From contig JAJDBW010000024.1 of NCBI GenBank assembly GCA_029261155.1, forward strand, positions 3,355 through 67,354: a stretch of DNA of 64,000 nt, in the 5' to 3' direction. The notes below the pieces were generated by a model. The model searched no databases. It saw only the letters and a program-made list of their open reading frames with translations, and was not told the origin of the DNA. The position numbers and the translations under genes are program-made. This DNA is from Nitrospirota bacterium. GTDB lineage: Bacteria > Nitrospirota > Nitrospiria > SBBL01 > JAADHI01. Positions 37,411 through 47,898 of the stretch are shown here, one piece after another (the first letter of the stretch is position 1; each line of letters begins with the position of its first letter).

Positions 37411-37785
37411 ATGGCAGCGATCATTGCAGATTCTTGGGTCAAGGCCGATGTCGGCAACATGAAAAAATCCCTGGCTTTTTATGCAAAGCTCGGATTGAAA
37501 CCCTCGATGCAAGTCCCCTCTTATTCGGAAATCACCTTTCCAGGGGGCACGGTTTTGGGCTTGCACCAGGTAAAAAAGAAGACCCCGGTTCAAGCCAAAA
37601 GGCCCTCTAAAAAAGGCTTCGGGATCATGGTTCGCGTTCACAACCTCAAGAAGGTTGTCTCTGAATTGAAACGAAAACGGATTCCAGCTGCCACAATCGC
37701 CCATGCCCCCGGCGGCGCCGATTTCTCTTCCATCTACGATCCTGACGGCAACCGCCTGATCTTGGTCGAAATGGCTAAGGCATAA
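37411..37785 (+). CDS. VOC family protein
   Basis: AGGAG RBS; motifs SLAFYAKLG and DPDGNRL. Confidence 0.8.
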   Translation: MAAIIADSWVKADVGNMKKSLAFYAKLGLKPSMQVPSYSEITFPGGTVLGLHQVKKKTPVQAKRPSKKGFGIMVRVHNLKKVVSELKRKRIPAATIAHAPGGADFSSIYDPDGNRLILVEMAKA

Positions 37786-37863
37786 GCCTAAGGAATATGG
37801 CGTGGGATTTCATTTTCAGCTCTTCGGCAATAGAATCAGAGGTAACGCATGCGTAATGCGTTC

Positions 37864-38412
37864 TCACGCAAGGGCGCCTTTTTTTAAAGCATAGACGACA
37901 TGCCGTACTGTCGCGCTCGCCTGATTAACAACCTTGTCGTAGGTCTTCCTTTTTTTCATACCCATCTTCTCAGCAACACGAATAGAAGCGGCATTCTCAA
38001 GCGAAGTATGAATGAACAGTTCCGGTAACCCGACTTTTAAAAAACCATAATCCAAAGAGGCCTTCGCGGCTTCGGAGGCATAGCCTCTTCGCCAATATTT
38101 TTTATGAATATGGTAACCAATTTCAGGGAGCGTTTTACCGTCGATCTCTTGTAAGCTAATTCCGCACTGCCCGATAAATTGATCTTCCTTCTTTAGGATC
38201 ACCGCCCAGAGGCCGAAATTTTTGTCACGATAACTTAACATCGACCGCGCAATCCAAGCTTCGGTTTCCTCCCGCGTATAGGGCCTTGGATAATAGCGCA
38301 TCGTTTCTAGGTCGGATAATATTTCAAACAAACTTTGACAGTCGGCTAAGCTTAAAGCCCTTAAACCCAACCTTTCTGTTTCGATAAAAAAAGTGCTTGT
38401 GTCTTCACGCAT
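37864..38412 (-). CDS. GNAT N-acetyltransferase (RimJ/RimL type)
   Basis: Motifs IETERL-LR, EIGY, YWRRGYASEAA, N-ASIRVAEKMGM. Confidence 0.9.
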   Translation of the reverse strand: MREDTSTFFIETERLGLRALSLADCQSLFEILSDLETMRYYPRPYTREETEAWIARSMLSYRDKNFGLWAVILKKEDQFIGQCGISLQEIDGKTLPEIGYHIHKKYWRRGYASEAAKASLDYGFLKVGLPELFIHTSLENAASIRVAEKMGMKKRKTYDKVVNQASATVRHVVYALKKGALA

Positions 38413-38460
38413 CGTTCGTAACGAGGACTAAAAAATGAGGCGCTCTTTCTCCCAACCGCC

Positions 38461-38766
38461 TCACTTCTTAAACACGCCAAACCACTTATCCACCATGCCT
38501 TGCTCTAACTGTGAAACCGCTTCCAGTTCACCGGCGTCGAGCCACACCCCTTCGCAAGCCGAACATTTATCCACGGCAATGTCTTTATAATTGATTTCGA
38601 TCAGCGGCATACCGCACTTCGGACAGTGCATAAAATGCAAGGCCTTCAGCCGGTTTTTCTCTTCGCCCTCCAGTTTCGCACGCGTCTCGTCCTCCGCCTT
38701 CTTGCGTCGCTCAAATTCCATACGGGCAAAATATTCATCTTCCTTCTCACTTGGCTTCATTGACAT
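38461..38766 (-). CDS. zf-TFIIB-type zinc-ribbon protein
   Basis: Motifs E-EYF and CPKC...DKC-C-GVWLDAGEL. AAGGAG RBS. Confidence 0.85.
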   Translation of the reverse strand: MSMKPSEKEDEYFARMEFERRKKAEDETRAKLEGEEKNRLKALHFMHCPKCGMPLIEINYKDIAVDKCSACEGVWLDAGELEAVSQLEQGMVDKWFGVFKK

Positions 38767-38801
38767 ACGCACTCCTTTTTTAAGGTGATTTCATTTTTCA
38801 A

Positions 38802-40289
38802 TCAGTGTACCTCCCTCACCAAACGAATGCCGATGAACTGATTGATCTTATTACTGTTGCTAAATTCTTCGAATAAAAAGCCGTCCAGGGTCGCGCCCGT
38901 CTGCCAACCGCCGTCCCAAGTCATACTCTTTGCAAGAGAACCCCCGGCGTGAATTCGATGGTGGCGATTAAAATCCCAGCAGTCGGTCACCGCGCCGCCG
39001 TTTTTCGTCTGCGTCTGAAAACCTTCTTGATCCTTGGGCGGGCAATCCAAAGTCCATTCCGACACATTGCCCACCATGTCGTAAAGCCCCCAGGGATTAG
39101 GCGGATATTGACCGATGGGCCTTAAATCGTCCACGTAACAACTGTGGTTTTTATAGGTCGGCAATTCCGTGCAGAGGTTTCCCATGTGATAAATATTTTT
39201 ATAAATTTTATTGTCGTACAAAATATTGCTGAAACCGCGCTCCCAATAGAAATCGCCATTTTCCCCCGCCAAGGCCGCATACTGCCATTCGGCGTGGCTG
39301 GGCAAGCGGTAATTGACCCCCGTGACTTCGGAGATCCATTCCGCATAGTGTTGTGCGTCTTCGAAAGACACCCAAAAAACCGGCAGGACTATACCCTCTT
39401 GATAGCGACGCGGCGTCGGACAGGGATTCTCATCGGCACCCCAACTCAATCGATAAGCCGGTCGGTCCGTCGGCAAACAGCCCTTGAATTTTTCTTCCCG
39501 CCCTGTACTGCGGGCGAATAGATTATATTGCTCGAAGGAAATCTCGTATTTCGAAATTGAAAAGCGCTTCACGTGAATTTTATGCCGCACACGATGGTTG
39601 CCCTTTGAATCGCGCTTTTGATTGCCGTAAAGAAAATCCCCATCGGGAACAGGAACCATAACAATCCCCTCGCTGCCGTCGATCAAAACATCTTTGAATT
39701 CCCTGAGATCACTGATCATGCGAGAGCGGTTGTTGTTGATGATCATTTGTTTTTGAATGGCATCGACCTTGCCGATAATAATCTTCGATCGCTCCGCGCC
39801 AAGCGTCGCTTGCTTTTCGACCGCCTCGACCTGGCCCATCATTTCCTGATGCTGGGCCAGCAACTGCGTCCGTAATTGAGCGATATTGGCCTCGACTGAT
39901 TTCCTGAGACCCTTAATCTGCCCATAAAGCTGAGACTGCTGCTGCGCGTTGAGCTGCTCGATGTGCCGAAAAAATTCCTGCTGAACCCTTGGGTTTTCGG
40001 CGACCAGTTTCGCGGCAAGCTGGGCTTGAATGTCGTCGGGCTTTTCTTTTTCTTCCTTCAAGGCGATGAGCTCAGGGGCCTGCTTGATCACGGCATCAAT
40101 AAGGGGGGCGCAGATCAATTTCAACACGACCTCTCCGCCGATTTCCTTGCAAAGCCGTTTGGGCCCGAGTTCCGCGCTGTTTTTTAAAATCTCTTTCCCG
40201 ACATCCAAAGCGAATTGTTCTAATGAAAAAGCCGCCGAGGCGCGGGCCGGGAAAAGAAAGAGCAATAGGACGATGAGGTAGCGTACCAT
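38802..40289 (-). CDS. Secreted FGE-sulfatase (SUMF1/EgtB/PvdO) domain protein with N-terminal coiled coil
   Basis: Signal peptide; motifs YRLPSHAEWQYAA, NPWGLYDMVGNVSEW, GIRLVR. Confidence 0.85.
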   Translation of the reverse strand: MVRYLIVLLLFLFPARASAAFSLEQFALDVGKEILKNSAELGPKRLCKEIGGEVVLKLICAPLIDAVIKQAPELIALKEEKEKPDDIQAQLAAKLVAENPRVQQEFFRHIEQLNAQQQSQLYGQIKGLRKSVEANIAQLRTQLLAQHQEMMGQVEAVEKQATLGAERSKIIIGKVDAIQKQMIINNNRSRMISDLREFKDVLIDGSEGIVMVPVPDGDFLYGNQKRDSKGNHRVRHKIHVKRFSISKYEISFEQYNLFARSTGREEKFKGCLPTDRPAYRLSWGADENPCPTPRRYQEGIVLPVFWVSFEDAQHYAEWISEVTGVNYRLPSHAEWQYAALAGENGDFYWERGFSNILYDNKIYKNIYHMGNLCTELPTYKNHSCYVDDLRPIGQYPPNPWGLYDMVGNVSEWTLDCPPKDQEGFQTQTKNGGAVTDCWDFNRHHRIHAGGSLAKSMTWDGGWQTGATLDGFLFEEFSNSNKINQFIGIRLVREVH

Positions 40290-40672
40290 TTTAATTTAAG
40301 AGGACTCCCAAGACATTCACGAATCACAACAAAGGTCTTTAATGATGCATCGTAACGAATCGGATGCAGATTGGCAAGACAGGATTTCACCGCCCACAAT
40401 ATCGCCACAATCACTCACATACAGACCGTTTAGACCTTCGGAGCAGATCCTTAAAAAGGAGGTGGTTTAGATCGACTGCGGTTCGACGGCCCGAGTCTTT
40501 TCCACATCGATGAGGAATTCATCCCCGCCGAGCGCACCGTGGAAGGACCGACAAAAGAGGCGGAAGGAGGGGACACGACAACACAGGTATTACGCGGGAG
40601 AACGGGAAAAATAAAAATCTTAGAACCGAGACCATAATAATTGAAGCGGTTTACTGGAAATGGCTTGTAATT

Positions 40673-43600
40673 TTATTTGCCGTCGGCCCTAAAATATTTC
40701 GCCTCTGGATGATGAAAGGCCAGGGCAGAAACCGAGGCTTCGGGGTCCATCATGTGGCCTTCGGTAAGGGACACACCAATTTGTTCGGTCTCTTTCAAAA
40801 GTGCGAAAAGTTTTTCCTGATCGGCCATGTCGGGACAAGCGGGATAACCGAAGCTCACGCGGATGCCTTGGTATTTGTTTTTGAGAACCTCACGAATGCT
40901 CAATCCTGCTGGGTCGGCAATACCCCAGTCCGCGCGGATCTTTTTGTGCAGCCATTCGGCCATACCCTCGGCCCCTTCTATGGCAATCGCCTGCAACATG
41001 TGGGAGCGGAGATAATCGCCCGCCTCTTTCCACTGCTGCGAAAGATCGCGCACGCCCCGCCCGAACGTAACGACGAAGAGGGCGACCGAATCCCTCTCTC
41101 CGGAGGACACATCGCGGCAATAGTCGGATAAGCACAAATGCTCGCCACCCGCCTGCCGCGGAAAGTGAAAGGTTTTAATCACGCGATCCAAGTGTTCGGG
41201 ATCGTAAATCAGCAGATCGTTTCCCTGCGACTGGCAAGGGAAATAACGATAGAGACCTTCGGCCACAAGCAGATTTTTTTGGACGATCTCCAACTGCATC
41301 GCCTCGACTTGTTCGTGAAGTTTTTTCGCCTTTTCATCACCGTCTTTAAGCAGCCGTTCCAGGTTGCCTTTTAAACCCAAATGATTGCCATATAACATCG
41401 ACGGATTGATGAAGGAAAAGATTTCCTTCAAGGGACCGGATTGAATCAAGTGCGGAGAGAAATCGGGCGGCTTTGGCAGCGGAACATCGCGGCGAACGGC
41501 CGAGCGTTCTATTGGACCGGACGTTATCACTGCCGTCTTCTTTTCCTTTTCCGCACGCGCCTTGGCAGACTTTTCAACCTCGACCGCAAGCTTTTTGATG
41601 AGATCGGCACGGGCTTCGGGATCAGTCAGTTGGTTGGCCAAGCGCAGGCCGTCCATGGCATCCTTCGCATAAAGGACGGGCCCGCTGTATTCGGCGGCGA
41701 TCTTCGTGTCGGTGAAACGCCGGGTGAGGGCAGCGCCACCGACCAGAATGGGCAGGGTTATTCCGGCATGTTTAAAATCCTTGGCCGTAATCACCATCTC
41801 CTGGGCTGATTTTACGAGCAGACCGCTCAGGCCGATCATGTCCGGCATTTCCTTGCGCGCGGCTTCGATCAAGATCTCCGGCCGGACCTTGATGCCCAAA
41901 TTCACGACTTCGAAGCCGTTGTTCGAGAGAATGATCTCGACGAGATTTTTTCCAATATCGTGGACGTCGCCCTTCACCGTCGCCAAGATGATCTTGCCCC
42001 GGTTGGCGGTCTCGGATTTTTTCATGAATTGCTCAAGGTGGCGCACGGCCGCCTTCATCGCCTCTGCCGACTGGAGTACCTCGGCGACGATCAGTTCGTT
42101 CAAATTAAAAAGCCGGCCGACCTCCGCCATGCCCTTCATTAACGGCCCGTTGATAATCTCGATGGGTCCTGCCGCTTTTCGCTTTAATTCCAAGTCGTCG
42201 ATCAGGCCGTCTTTACTGCCTTCGATGATGTAGGTCGCCAGGCGCTCGTCGAGCGGTGGCCTTGGACCTTCTTTTTTAGGTACAACCTTTTTTTCGCGGA
42301 AATGCGCGGCGAAGGCGGCAATGGGATCCTCGCCCCGCCAATACAGCAAATCTTCGGACAACTTGCGTTCCGCTGCCGGGATGGAGGGATAGCGCTCCAA
42401 CTTTTCGGCGTTGACAATGGCATAATCGAGCCCGGCCTGAACGCAATGATAAAGAAAGACGGCATTGAGCACCTCGCGTCCCGCCGGGGGCAAACCGAAG
42501 GACACATTGCTGATGCCGAGAATGGTCTTCACGCCCGGCAAGGCCGCTTTGACGAGACGGATACCTTCGATGGTTTCGGGCGCCGAACCGATGTAATTCG
42601 CGTCGCCCGTGCCCACGGGAAAGACGAGTAAGTCGAAGATGAGATCCTCAGGCTGAATCCCGTACTTGTTCACGAGTAAGTCGTAGGACCGTTTGGCGAT
42701 TTCGAGTTTGCGCTGGCGCGTCACGCCCATGCCCTGATCGGGGTCTTCGTCGATGCAACCGACGACGACCGCGCCGCCGTATTTTTTGAGCAGCGGGACA
42801 ACATCCTCAAAGCGCTTCTCGCCCTCTTCAAGATTAATCGAATTGATAATCGACTTGCCTTGGCAACGCTTGAGCGCGGCCTCCGTCACTTGGTAATCCG
42901 TCGAGTCGATCATGATGGGGGCCTGGATCTTTTTGTTAAGCAAAGCGAGGAAGACATCGATGTCTTCGACTTCCTCGCGGTCAGGATTGGCCATGCACAC
43001 GTCGATAACCTGTGCGCCGTTTTTCACCTGCGCCCGTCCGATCTCCGCGCCTTCCTCGATCTTACCGTTGACGATCATCTCCTTGAACTTGCGGCTGCCA
43101 ATGACGTTGGTCCGCTCACCGACGATGATGGGACGGTTTTCTTCCTCGACCAAGAGATATTCGATGCCCGAAACAGCCGTCCGTTTTTGGGGCTTCGGCA
43201 CACGGGGCTTGCGGCCCGCGACCATCTTGGCGATGGCGGCGATATGCGCAGGCGTCGTGCCGCAGCAACCGCCGATAATATTCACCCAGCCTTCTTCTAC
43301 AAAATGGTCGAGTTTCGTGGACAAGGATTCGGGCGTTTCCTCGTAAAGCCCTTCTTCGTTGGGCAGCCCTGCGTTCGGATAAACGCTCACCAAGCAGGCA
43401 GCCATCTTCGAAATCGAACGGATGTGATCGGTCATAAACTCCGGCCCGGTCGCACAATTCAGACCGATAGACAACAAAGGAAGATGTTCGACCGCCGTGT
43501 AGAGGGCCTCCACGCCTTGGCCCGCCAGCATCGTCCCCGTCGGCTCGATCGTTGCGGAAAGCATGATGGGCACGGAAACGCCGAGGGCCTCTTGGGCTTG

Positions 43601-44140
43601 AATGAGGCCGATGGCTGCCGCCTTAACGTTAATCGTATCCTGCGCGGTTTCGAGCAGGAGCAGATCGACGCCGCCTTCGATCAGGCCCTGGGCCTGCAAG
43701 GAAAAGTTGTCGACCAATTGATCGAAGGTCACGCCGCCGGTCACAGTAATGGCCTTAGTGGTCGGCCCCATCGAACCCGCGACGAAACGGGGTTTGTCCG
43801 GTGTGCTGAATTTTGCCGCCGCCGCCCGCGCCACCTGCGCGCCGGCCTTGTTGATTTCGACAACCTGATTTTCGAGGTCGTATTCCGCCAAGACAAGGCC
43901 CGTACCCCCGAAGGTGTTGGTTTCGACGATGTCGGCCCCGGCCTCGTAATAGGTTTCGTGAATGGCTTGAATGACATCAGGCCGAGTAAGATTCAAATTC
44001 TCATTGCAGCCCTCGAGCGCCTCGCCCCCGAAATCCGCTGCGTTGAGTTCCCGCGCCTGAATCATCGTCCCCATTGCCCCATCCATCACGAGGATGCGTT
44101 CACGCAGGAGCGAAATTAATTTATTATCCTCATCGGGCAT
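40673..44140 (-). CDS. metH: Cobalamin-dependent methionine synthase
   Basis: Motifs DGAMGT, GLNCATG, GGCCGTT, GERTN, KGDVHDIGKN, GYPACPD. Confidence 0.97.
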   Translation of the reverse strand: MPDEDNKLISLLRERILVMDGAMGTMIQARELNAADFGGEALEGCNENLNLTRPDVIQAIHETYYEAGADIVETNTFGGTGLVLAEYDLENQVVEINKAGAQVARAAAAKFSTPDKPRFVAGSMGPTTKAITVTGGVTFDQLVDNFSLQAQGLIEGGVDLLLLETAQDTINVKAAAIGLIQAQEALGVSVPIMLSATIEPTGTMLAGQGVEALYTAVEHLPLLSIGLNCATGPEFMTDHIRSISKMAACLVSVYPNAGLPNEEGLYEETPESLSTKLDHFVEEGWVNIIGGCCGTTPAHIAAIAKMVAGRKPRVPKPQKRTAVSGIEYLLVEEENRPIIVGERTNVIGSRKFKEMIVNGKIEEGAEIGRAQVKNGAQVIDVCMANPDREEVEDIDVFLALLNKKIQAPIMIDSTDYQVTEAALKRCQGKSIINSINLEEGEKRFEDVVPLLKKYGGAVVVGCIDEDPDQGMGVTRQRKLEIAKRSYDLLVNKYGIQPEDLIFDLLVFPVGTGDANYIGSAPETIEGIRLVKAALPGVKTILGISNVSFGLPPAGREVLNAVFLYHCVQAGLDYAIVNAEKLERYPSIPAAERKLSEDLLYWRGEDPIAAFAAHFREKKVVPKKEGPRPPLDERLATYIIEGSKDGLIDDLELKRKAAGPIEIINGPLMKGMAEVGRLFNLNELIVAEVLQSAEAMKAAVRHLEQFMKKSETANRGKIILATVKGDVHDIGKNLVEIILSNNGFEVVNLGIKVRPEILIEAARKEMPDMIGLSGLLVKSAQEMVITAKDFKHAGITLPILVGGAALTRRFTDTKIAAEYSGPVLYAKDAMDGLRLANQLTDPEARADLIKKLAVEVEKSAKARAEKEKKTAVITSGPIERSAVRRDVPLPKPPDFSPHLIQSGPLKEIFSFINPSMLYGNHLGLKGNLERLLKDGDEKAKKLHEQVEAMQLEIVQKNLLVAEGLYRYFPCQSQGNDLLIYDPEHLDRVIKTFHFPRQAGGEHLCLSDYCRDVSSGERDSVALFVVTFGRGVRDLSQQWKEAGDYLRSHMLQAIAIEGAEGMAEWLHKKIRADWGIADPAGLSIREVLKNKYQGIRVSFGYPACPDMADQEKLFALLKETEQIGVSLTEGHMMDPEASVSALAFHHPEAKYFRADGK

Positions 44141-44298
44141 TCTTTTTCTCTCTTATTTTCAAATGATCGGTCTGATTAAACATTGTCTATCGACAACGCC
44201 CTTTTCCTGGGAAAGGCAGATTCGCCTTTTATTATCGGGCGGAAAAATTTTTATCATTGTAGCAGAGGATCGGATGCTGTGCACTTCTTTTTCAATTC

Positions 44299-44327
44299 TT
44301 GACTTTCGAGGTGGGTGCGGATAAAAT
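44299..44327 (+). promoter_or_regulatory. sigma70 promoter of tRNA-Asn
   Basis: TTGACT, 17 nt, TAAAAT. Confidence 0.75.
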
Positions 44328-44337
44328 CGTGCGACTT

Positions 44338-44413
44338 TCCCCAGTAGCTCAGCTGGCAGAGCAGACGGCTGTTAACCGTCGGGTCGCTGGTTCGAATCCG
44401 GCCTGGGGAGCCA
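44338..44413 (+). tRNA. tRNA-Asn (GTT)
   Basis: Acceptor stem TCCCCAG/CTGGGGA, anticodon arm GACGG-CTGTTAA-CCGTC, GTTCGAATC T-loop, encoded CCA. Confidence 0.96.
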
Positions 44414-44420
44414 TAATTTA

Positions 44421-44456
44421 AAAGGCTGTCTTCCAAAGGGGAGACAGCCTTTTTTA
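44421..44456 (+). terminator. Rho-independent terminator (probably bidirectional)
   Basis: AGGCTGTC...GACAGCCT stem followed by a T-run. Confidence 0.85.
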
Positions 44457-44574
44457 TTCTTGTTTCATTGGGGGATTAATATGGCTTCTCGGAAGTGAGG
44501 CGAGCTAGGCTTGTCTGATTTGAGGGATGAGACCGAATCGGGTCGCCCTTCACTCGGCTCCAGCTTTCAAGCGC

Positions 44575-45996
44575 TTAAATCCGATATTTCTGGACAAATT
44601 CGTTTAGTTTCGCGGCCATCTCGGATAAACTGGAAGCCGCTTCCTCAGTGCCGGAGGCCCCCTGGACGACATCCGTCGCCGCGAGGTTCACTTGGCCGAT
44701 TTTTTCGGTAATTTCGACCGAACTAATGTTTCCGATACAACGAACGGCTTTTTCGGTATCTTCCTGAATTAAGGCGATCTTTTCCGTAATCGTTTCTGCA
44801 GCGTGCGTGGTTTCCTTAGAAAGGGTTTTTACCTCGTTTGCAACCACCGCAAAACCTTTGCCCGCCTCTCCAGCTCGTGCGGCTTCGATGGTCGCATTCA
44901 AGGCCAACAGGTTGGTCTGGTCGGCCAGGGAGGTAATAAGCTGTGTCACCTCGTTAATTTCGTTGCTGTTTTGACTCAGTTTCAGCATGATCGCATTGGT
45001 TTCGTCGCTCATCTTCTTGGCCGAATCGGCCACACCACTCACCCTCTCGGAGGAAACCTTCGCGTTGTTCCCCATTTCCCGGCTGATTGCGGTGAGCTCT
45101 TCCGAGGAACTGGCCAGTGAATTCGAATAGCGGCCGATGGTCTGTATATTTTCTTTCAGATCCATAAAAAAGCGAGATAAGCCCTCACCGAGCAGGCCGA
45201 TGGCACTCTCCCCCTTCACCTCAATCTCTTGGTTCAGATCGCCTTTGGCCGCAGCATTTACCACTTCGAGTATGCTATCCACCTTTTGGCTCAGTTCCCA
45301 GGACTCCGCCATTTCTTTCTCTCCGGCGTAGCGGATTTTTTCGAGGGCTTCTTCCATCTTCTCCGTCGCCGTGTTTAAGGCAGCCGATATGCGTCCGGTT
45401 TCGTCCTTGGAATTGATATCCAGCCGTTGAGAAAGATCGCCCTCCGCAACGCGCTCTAGCACGCCCACAACCTGTCCAAGCGGTTTTAGCATGCGGTTCA
45501 CCCTAAAAATCGAAAGGCAAAGGACGGGAAGGAAGACAAGAATGCCTGCAGACATCGCATAAACAAGACCATCCTCAATGGCCGTTTCCACCGGTGTGAA
45601 GGTAAACGCGATCAGAAGATACCCTATCCCTTCTCCATCTTCATCTCTTAATATCCTTCTTTCATAAGAAATGTTTTCGACCACGACCATGTTCCCATTT
45701 CGGAGTGCGGTTTCCACCGTGGAGGGAATTTCAAAAGACTCCGGGATGGAAAGGAGGGCGGTATTGTCTTCGTCGTAGACGATCGATCCTGCAACGATGG
45801 AATAGTGTCGATGTTGCTGAAGGGTCTTTTGAACGGCATCCATCCTGCCCGTCGAAAGACCCAGCTCCACATTATCGACGGAAAACTCCATAAGGCTCGA
45901 TTTCTGTTCCGTAAAGGAGCGAAGCGTTTCCTCTTTTTGTGCTTTGGTCAGGACGACCACAACGACAACAACAGTTGTTATGAGTGCGGCCATCAA
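44575..45996 (-). CDS. Methyl-accepting chemotaxis protein (2 TM, tandem HAMP)
   Basis: Motif [34 protein letters not shown]. The start may be ATT at 46020. Confidence 0.92.
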   Translation of the reverse strand: MMAALITTVVVVVVVLTKAQKEETLRSFTEQKSSLMEFSVDNVELGLSTGRMDAVQKTLQQHRHYSIVAGSIVYDEDNTALLSIPESFEIPSTVETALRNGNMVVVENISYERRILRDEDGEGIGYLLIAFTFTPVETAIEDGLVYAMSAGILVFLPVLCLSIFRVNRMLKPLGQVVGVLERVAEGDLSQRLDINSKDETGRISAALNTATEKMEEALEKIRYAGEKEMAESWELSQKVDSILEVVNAAAKGDLNQEIEVKGESAIGLLGEGLSRFFMDLKENIQTIGRYSNSLASSSEELTAISREMGNNAKVSSERVSGVADSAKKMSDETNAIMLKLSQNSNEINEVTQLITSLADQTNLLALNATIEAARAGEAGKGFAVVANEVKTLSKETTHAAETITEKIALIQEDTEKAVRCIGNISSVEITEKIGQVNLAATDVVQGASGTEEAASSLSEMAAKLNEFVQKYRI

Positions 45997-46402
45997 AACA
46001 ACGAGAAACTTTCTAAGAATGATCTCCCTCCTTTGCCAAAACGATGTTCCTGCTAACCGATGTATTGCTCAGCAGGTGCTTAAAAATGCTGTTTTTTTTG
46101 ATCGAATCAAATAATTGAGCTCAAAAAAGTCCAAAGGTTTGATTACGGCCCTGAGGTAACATTACCTTTGCCTCAAATCAATCAAAGCAAAAAAAAAAGA
46201 AAAACCTTTCGCGCGCAGGGGCGACGCACTTTTAGACCCATCAATATAGAGGACTATTCCATTCATCGGAACCGGACCTAAATTCTTGAGTCCGAACCTG
46301 TGATTTGCTAATTATTATAACACTTTATTTGAATTCGCTTGGGCAGGCTTAGCTTAAAATCAAGATTACTTGAGTATGATCTGAGAATGATCTGAGGATT
46401 TA

Positions 46403-47137
46403 TTAGTCGAAGATTTCTCCCCCGCTGATTTTTCTCCGTTTTTTCTCCCGATCGAGCGGGTGATCATAGCCGGGCAAGATGGTCCCATCGACAGAGTAGG
46501 GCCCAATACGGTTCCATGTCCCTCGCTCGGCCTGGCTGAGATACTCCATTTCCAAAATCGCCTTAGGGCTTTTGTAGCCGTATTTATAGGGAATGATCAT
46601 TCTTAAGGGAAATCCATGCTCGTCACTCAGCGGCGCGGCGTTCATACTGTGCACCAGGAGGCTGCGCGTGTGGTGAAGATCATCCAAGGGAAGGTATTCG
46701 ATGTAGGTATCGGCGCAACGGAAAAGAACGCCAACGGCATCGGGCAGGGGTCGAACAATCGCATCGAGCGCGGCAAGACGAAAACCCTCCCACTCCGCCT
46801 TGGCCGACCAGCATTCAACGCATTTTATACGGGAAACTTGCGTTTGCCTTGGGAGTTTTTTAAGGACCTCCAGGCTAAAGTTTTGTGGGTTTTCGCAGGC
46901 GCCGCTCACTTTCAATCGCCAGGATTCGCCCTCTATTCTTTTAAACGATTTATAGTATTGGATGTAGAAATGCTTATACTTCCCCTCGCGAGTTTTCCCG
47001 ACATACTCCGAACCCCGCCAAAAATTGAAGCCCGCAAGTGCCTTAGTCGGCCGAAACCAAGAAACACCGAGAGCCGCCAGGGCGATAATAATACGTCGGA
47101 TAAAACTTCGACGTCCCATTTTATTTAACGGACGCAT
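46403..47137 (-). CDS. Tat-exported molybdopterin oxidoreductase (sulfite oxidase / MsrP-YedY fold)
   Basis: Twin-arginine motif GRRSFI, Moco cysteine in IKCVECWS, HGFPLR-P-KYGYKSPK. Alternative start 47119. Confidence 0.85.
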   Translation of the reverse strand: MRPLNKMGRRSFIRRIIIALAALGVSWFRPTKALAGFNFWRGSEYVGKTREGKYKHFYIQYYKSFKRIEGESWRLKVSGACENPQNFSLEVLKKLPRQTQVSRIKCVECWSAKAEWEGFRLAALDAIVRPLPDAVGVLFRCADTYIEYLPLDDLHHTRSLLVHSMNAAPLSDEHGFPLRMIIPYKYGYKSPKAILEMEYLSQAERGTWNRIGPYSVDGTILPGYDHPLDREKKRRKISGGEIFD

Positions 47138-47871
47138 CGAAAGCCCAGGAAGATATATCGCCGGTCCGCATCCACTTCAATCTGATCGGTGGTCCGACTG
47201 TATTCGTAATCCAGGTGCTGGTTCCACACCCCGCCCCGCGCGATTTTTTTACCCTTTGCCTCATCGGCAGTCCACTCCCAAACGGAAGCGGCCATGTCGC
47301 GCACACCAAAGGGTGAAACGTCTTTTTTGTTGAAGCCGACGACGCGCTTCACCATACCGGAAAAAGGGGGGTGGGGTTTATTTCGGTTCCGCTTTTCACC
47401 CCAGGGATAAACCCTGCCATCCGTGCCACGGGCTGCCTTTTCCCACTCTGCCGCCGAGGGAAGTCTTTTGCCCAGGGCTTCGCAATAGCCCTGGGCTTCG
47501 CGCCAGCGAATGAAACTCACAGGATGTCGTTCTTTTCCCGCAGGATAGACATAGGCAGGAAAAACGATTTTGAATTCCGCGTTCGACACTTCAAAGCGGT
47601 CAATCGTGTAGCGCTCGAGCACGACGATATTGTGATCACCCGACTCTGCTTTCTCCCCCATCAAAAAAGGACCTTCAGGGATTTCAATCATCTCTTCCGA
47701 TATGGGAACAGGCAGCATGTCCGCCAAGGCAGGGCTCAAGTATGGGAAGTAACATAAGAACAAAGCGAGGGTGATCAAACATAAACCCGCCTTCACAACC
47801 GTTCTTTGACATACGGGTGAGAGACTCAAGTGATTATTTTTATATTTAAATAAAATGGCGTGGGATTGCAT
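47125..47871 (-). CDS. Exported FGE-sulfatase (SUMF1) domain protein
   Basis: Motifs IPEGPFLMG, KRLPSAAEWEKAARG-YPWG, DMAASVWEW, LGFRC. Confidence 0.88.
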   Translation of the reverse strand: MQSHAILFKYKNNHLSLSPVCQRTVVKAGLCLITLALFLCYFPYLSPALADMLPVPISEEMIEIPEGPFLMGEKAESGDHNIVVLERYTIDRFEVSNAEFKIVFPAYVYPAGKERHPVSFIRWREAQGYCEALGKRLPSAAEWEKAARGTDGRVYPWGEKRNRNKPHPPFSGMVKRVVGFNKKDVSPFGVRDMAASVWEWTADEAKGKKIARGGVWNQHLDYEYSRTTDQIEVDADRRYIFLGFRCVR

Positions 47872-47898
47872 GAACGATCACTCATTCCTGCTGTGCGA

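Noticed and set aside
40440-40620. Strong SD-like AAGGAGGTG and short stems between the FGE gene and metH (type I TA or sRNA?)
   Set aside because: No canonical start or hydrophobic peptide follows, and no recognisable RNA family.
42860-44119. 419-aa antisense ORF within metH, and many similar antisense ORFs in addAB and the oxidase
   Set aside because: Antisense shadows caused by codon bias in GC-rich genes; no motifs or RBS.
44141-44300. SAM or cobalamin riboswitch upstream of metH
   Set aside because: No conserved core motifs are seen, and the space is shared with the divergent tRNA promoter.
44338-44600. Genomic island integrated at tRNA-Asn or tRNA-fMet
   Set aside because: No integrase and no duplicated tRNA 3' end were found, and both tRNAs are followed by their terminators.
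46098-46240. FNR box (TTGATCGAATCAA) and c-di-GMP-I riboswitch upstream of the MCP
   Set aside because: The spacer is 3 nt rather than 4, and the riboswitch-like words are in the wrong order and strand.
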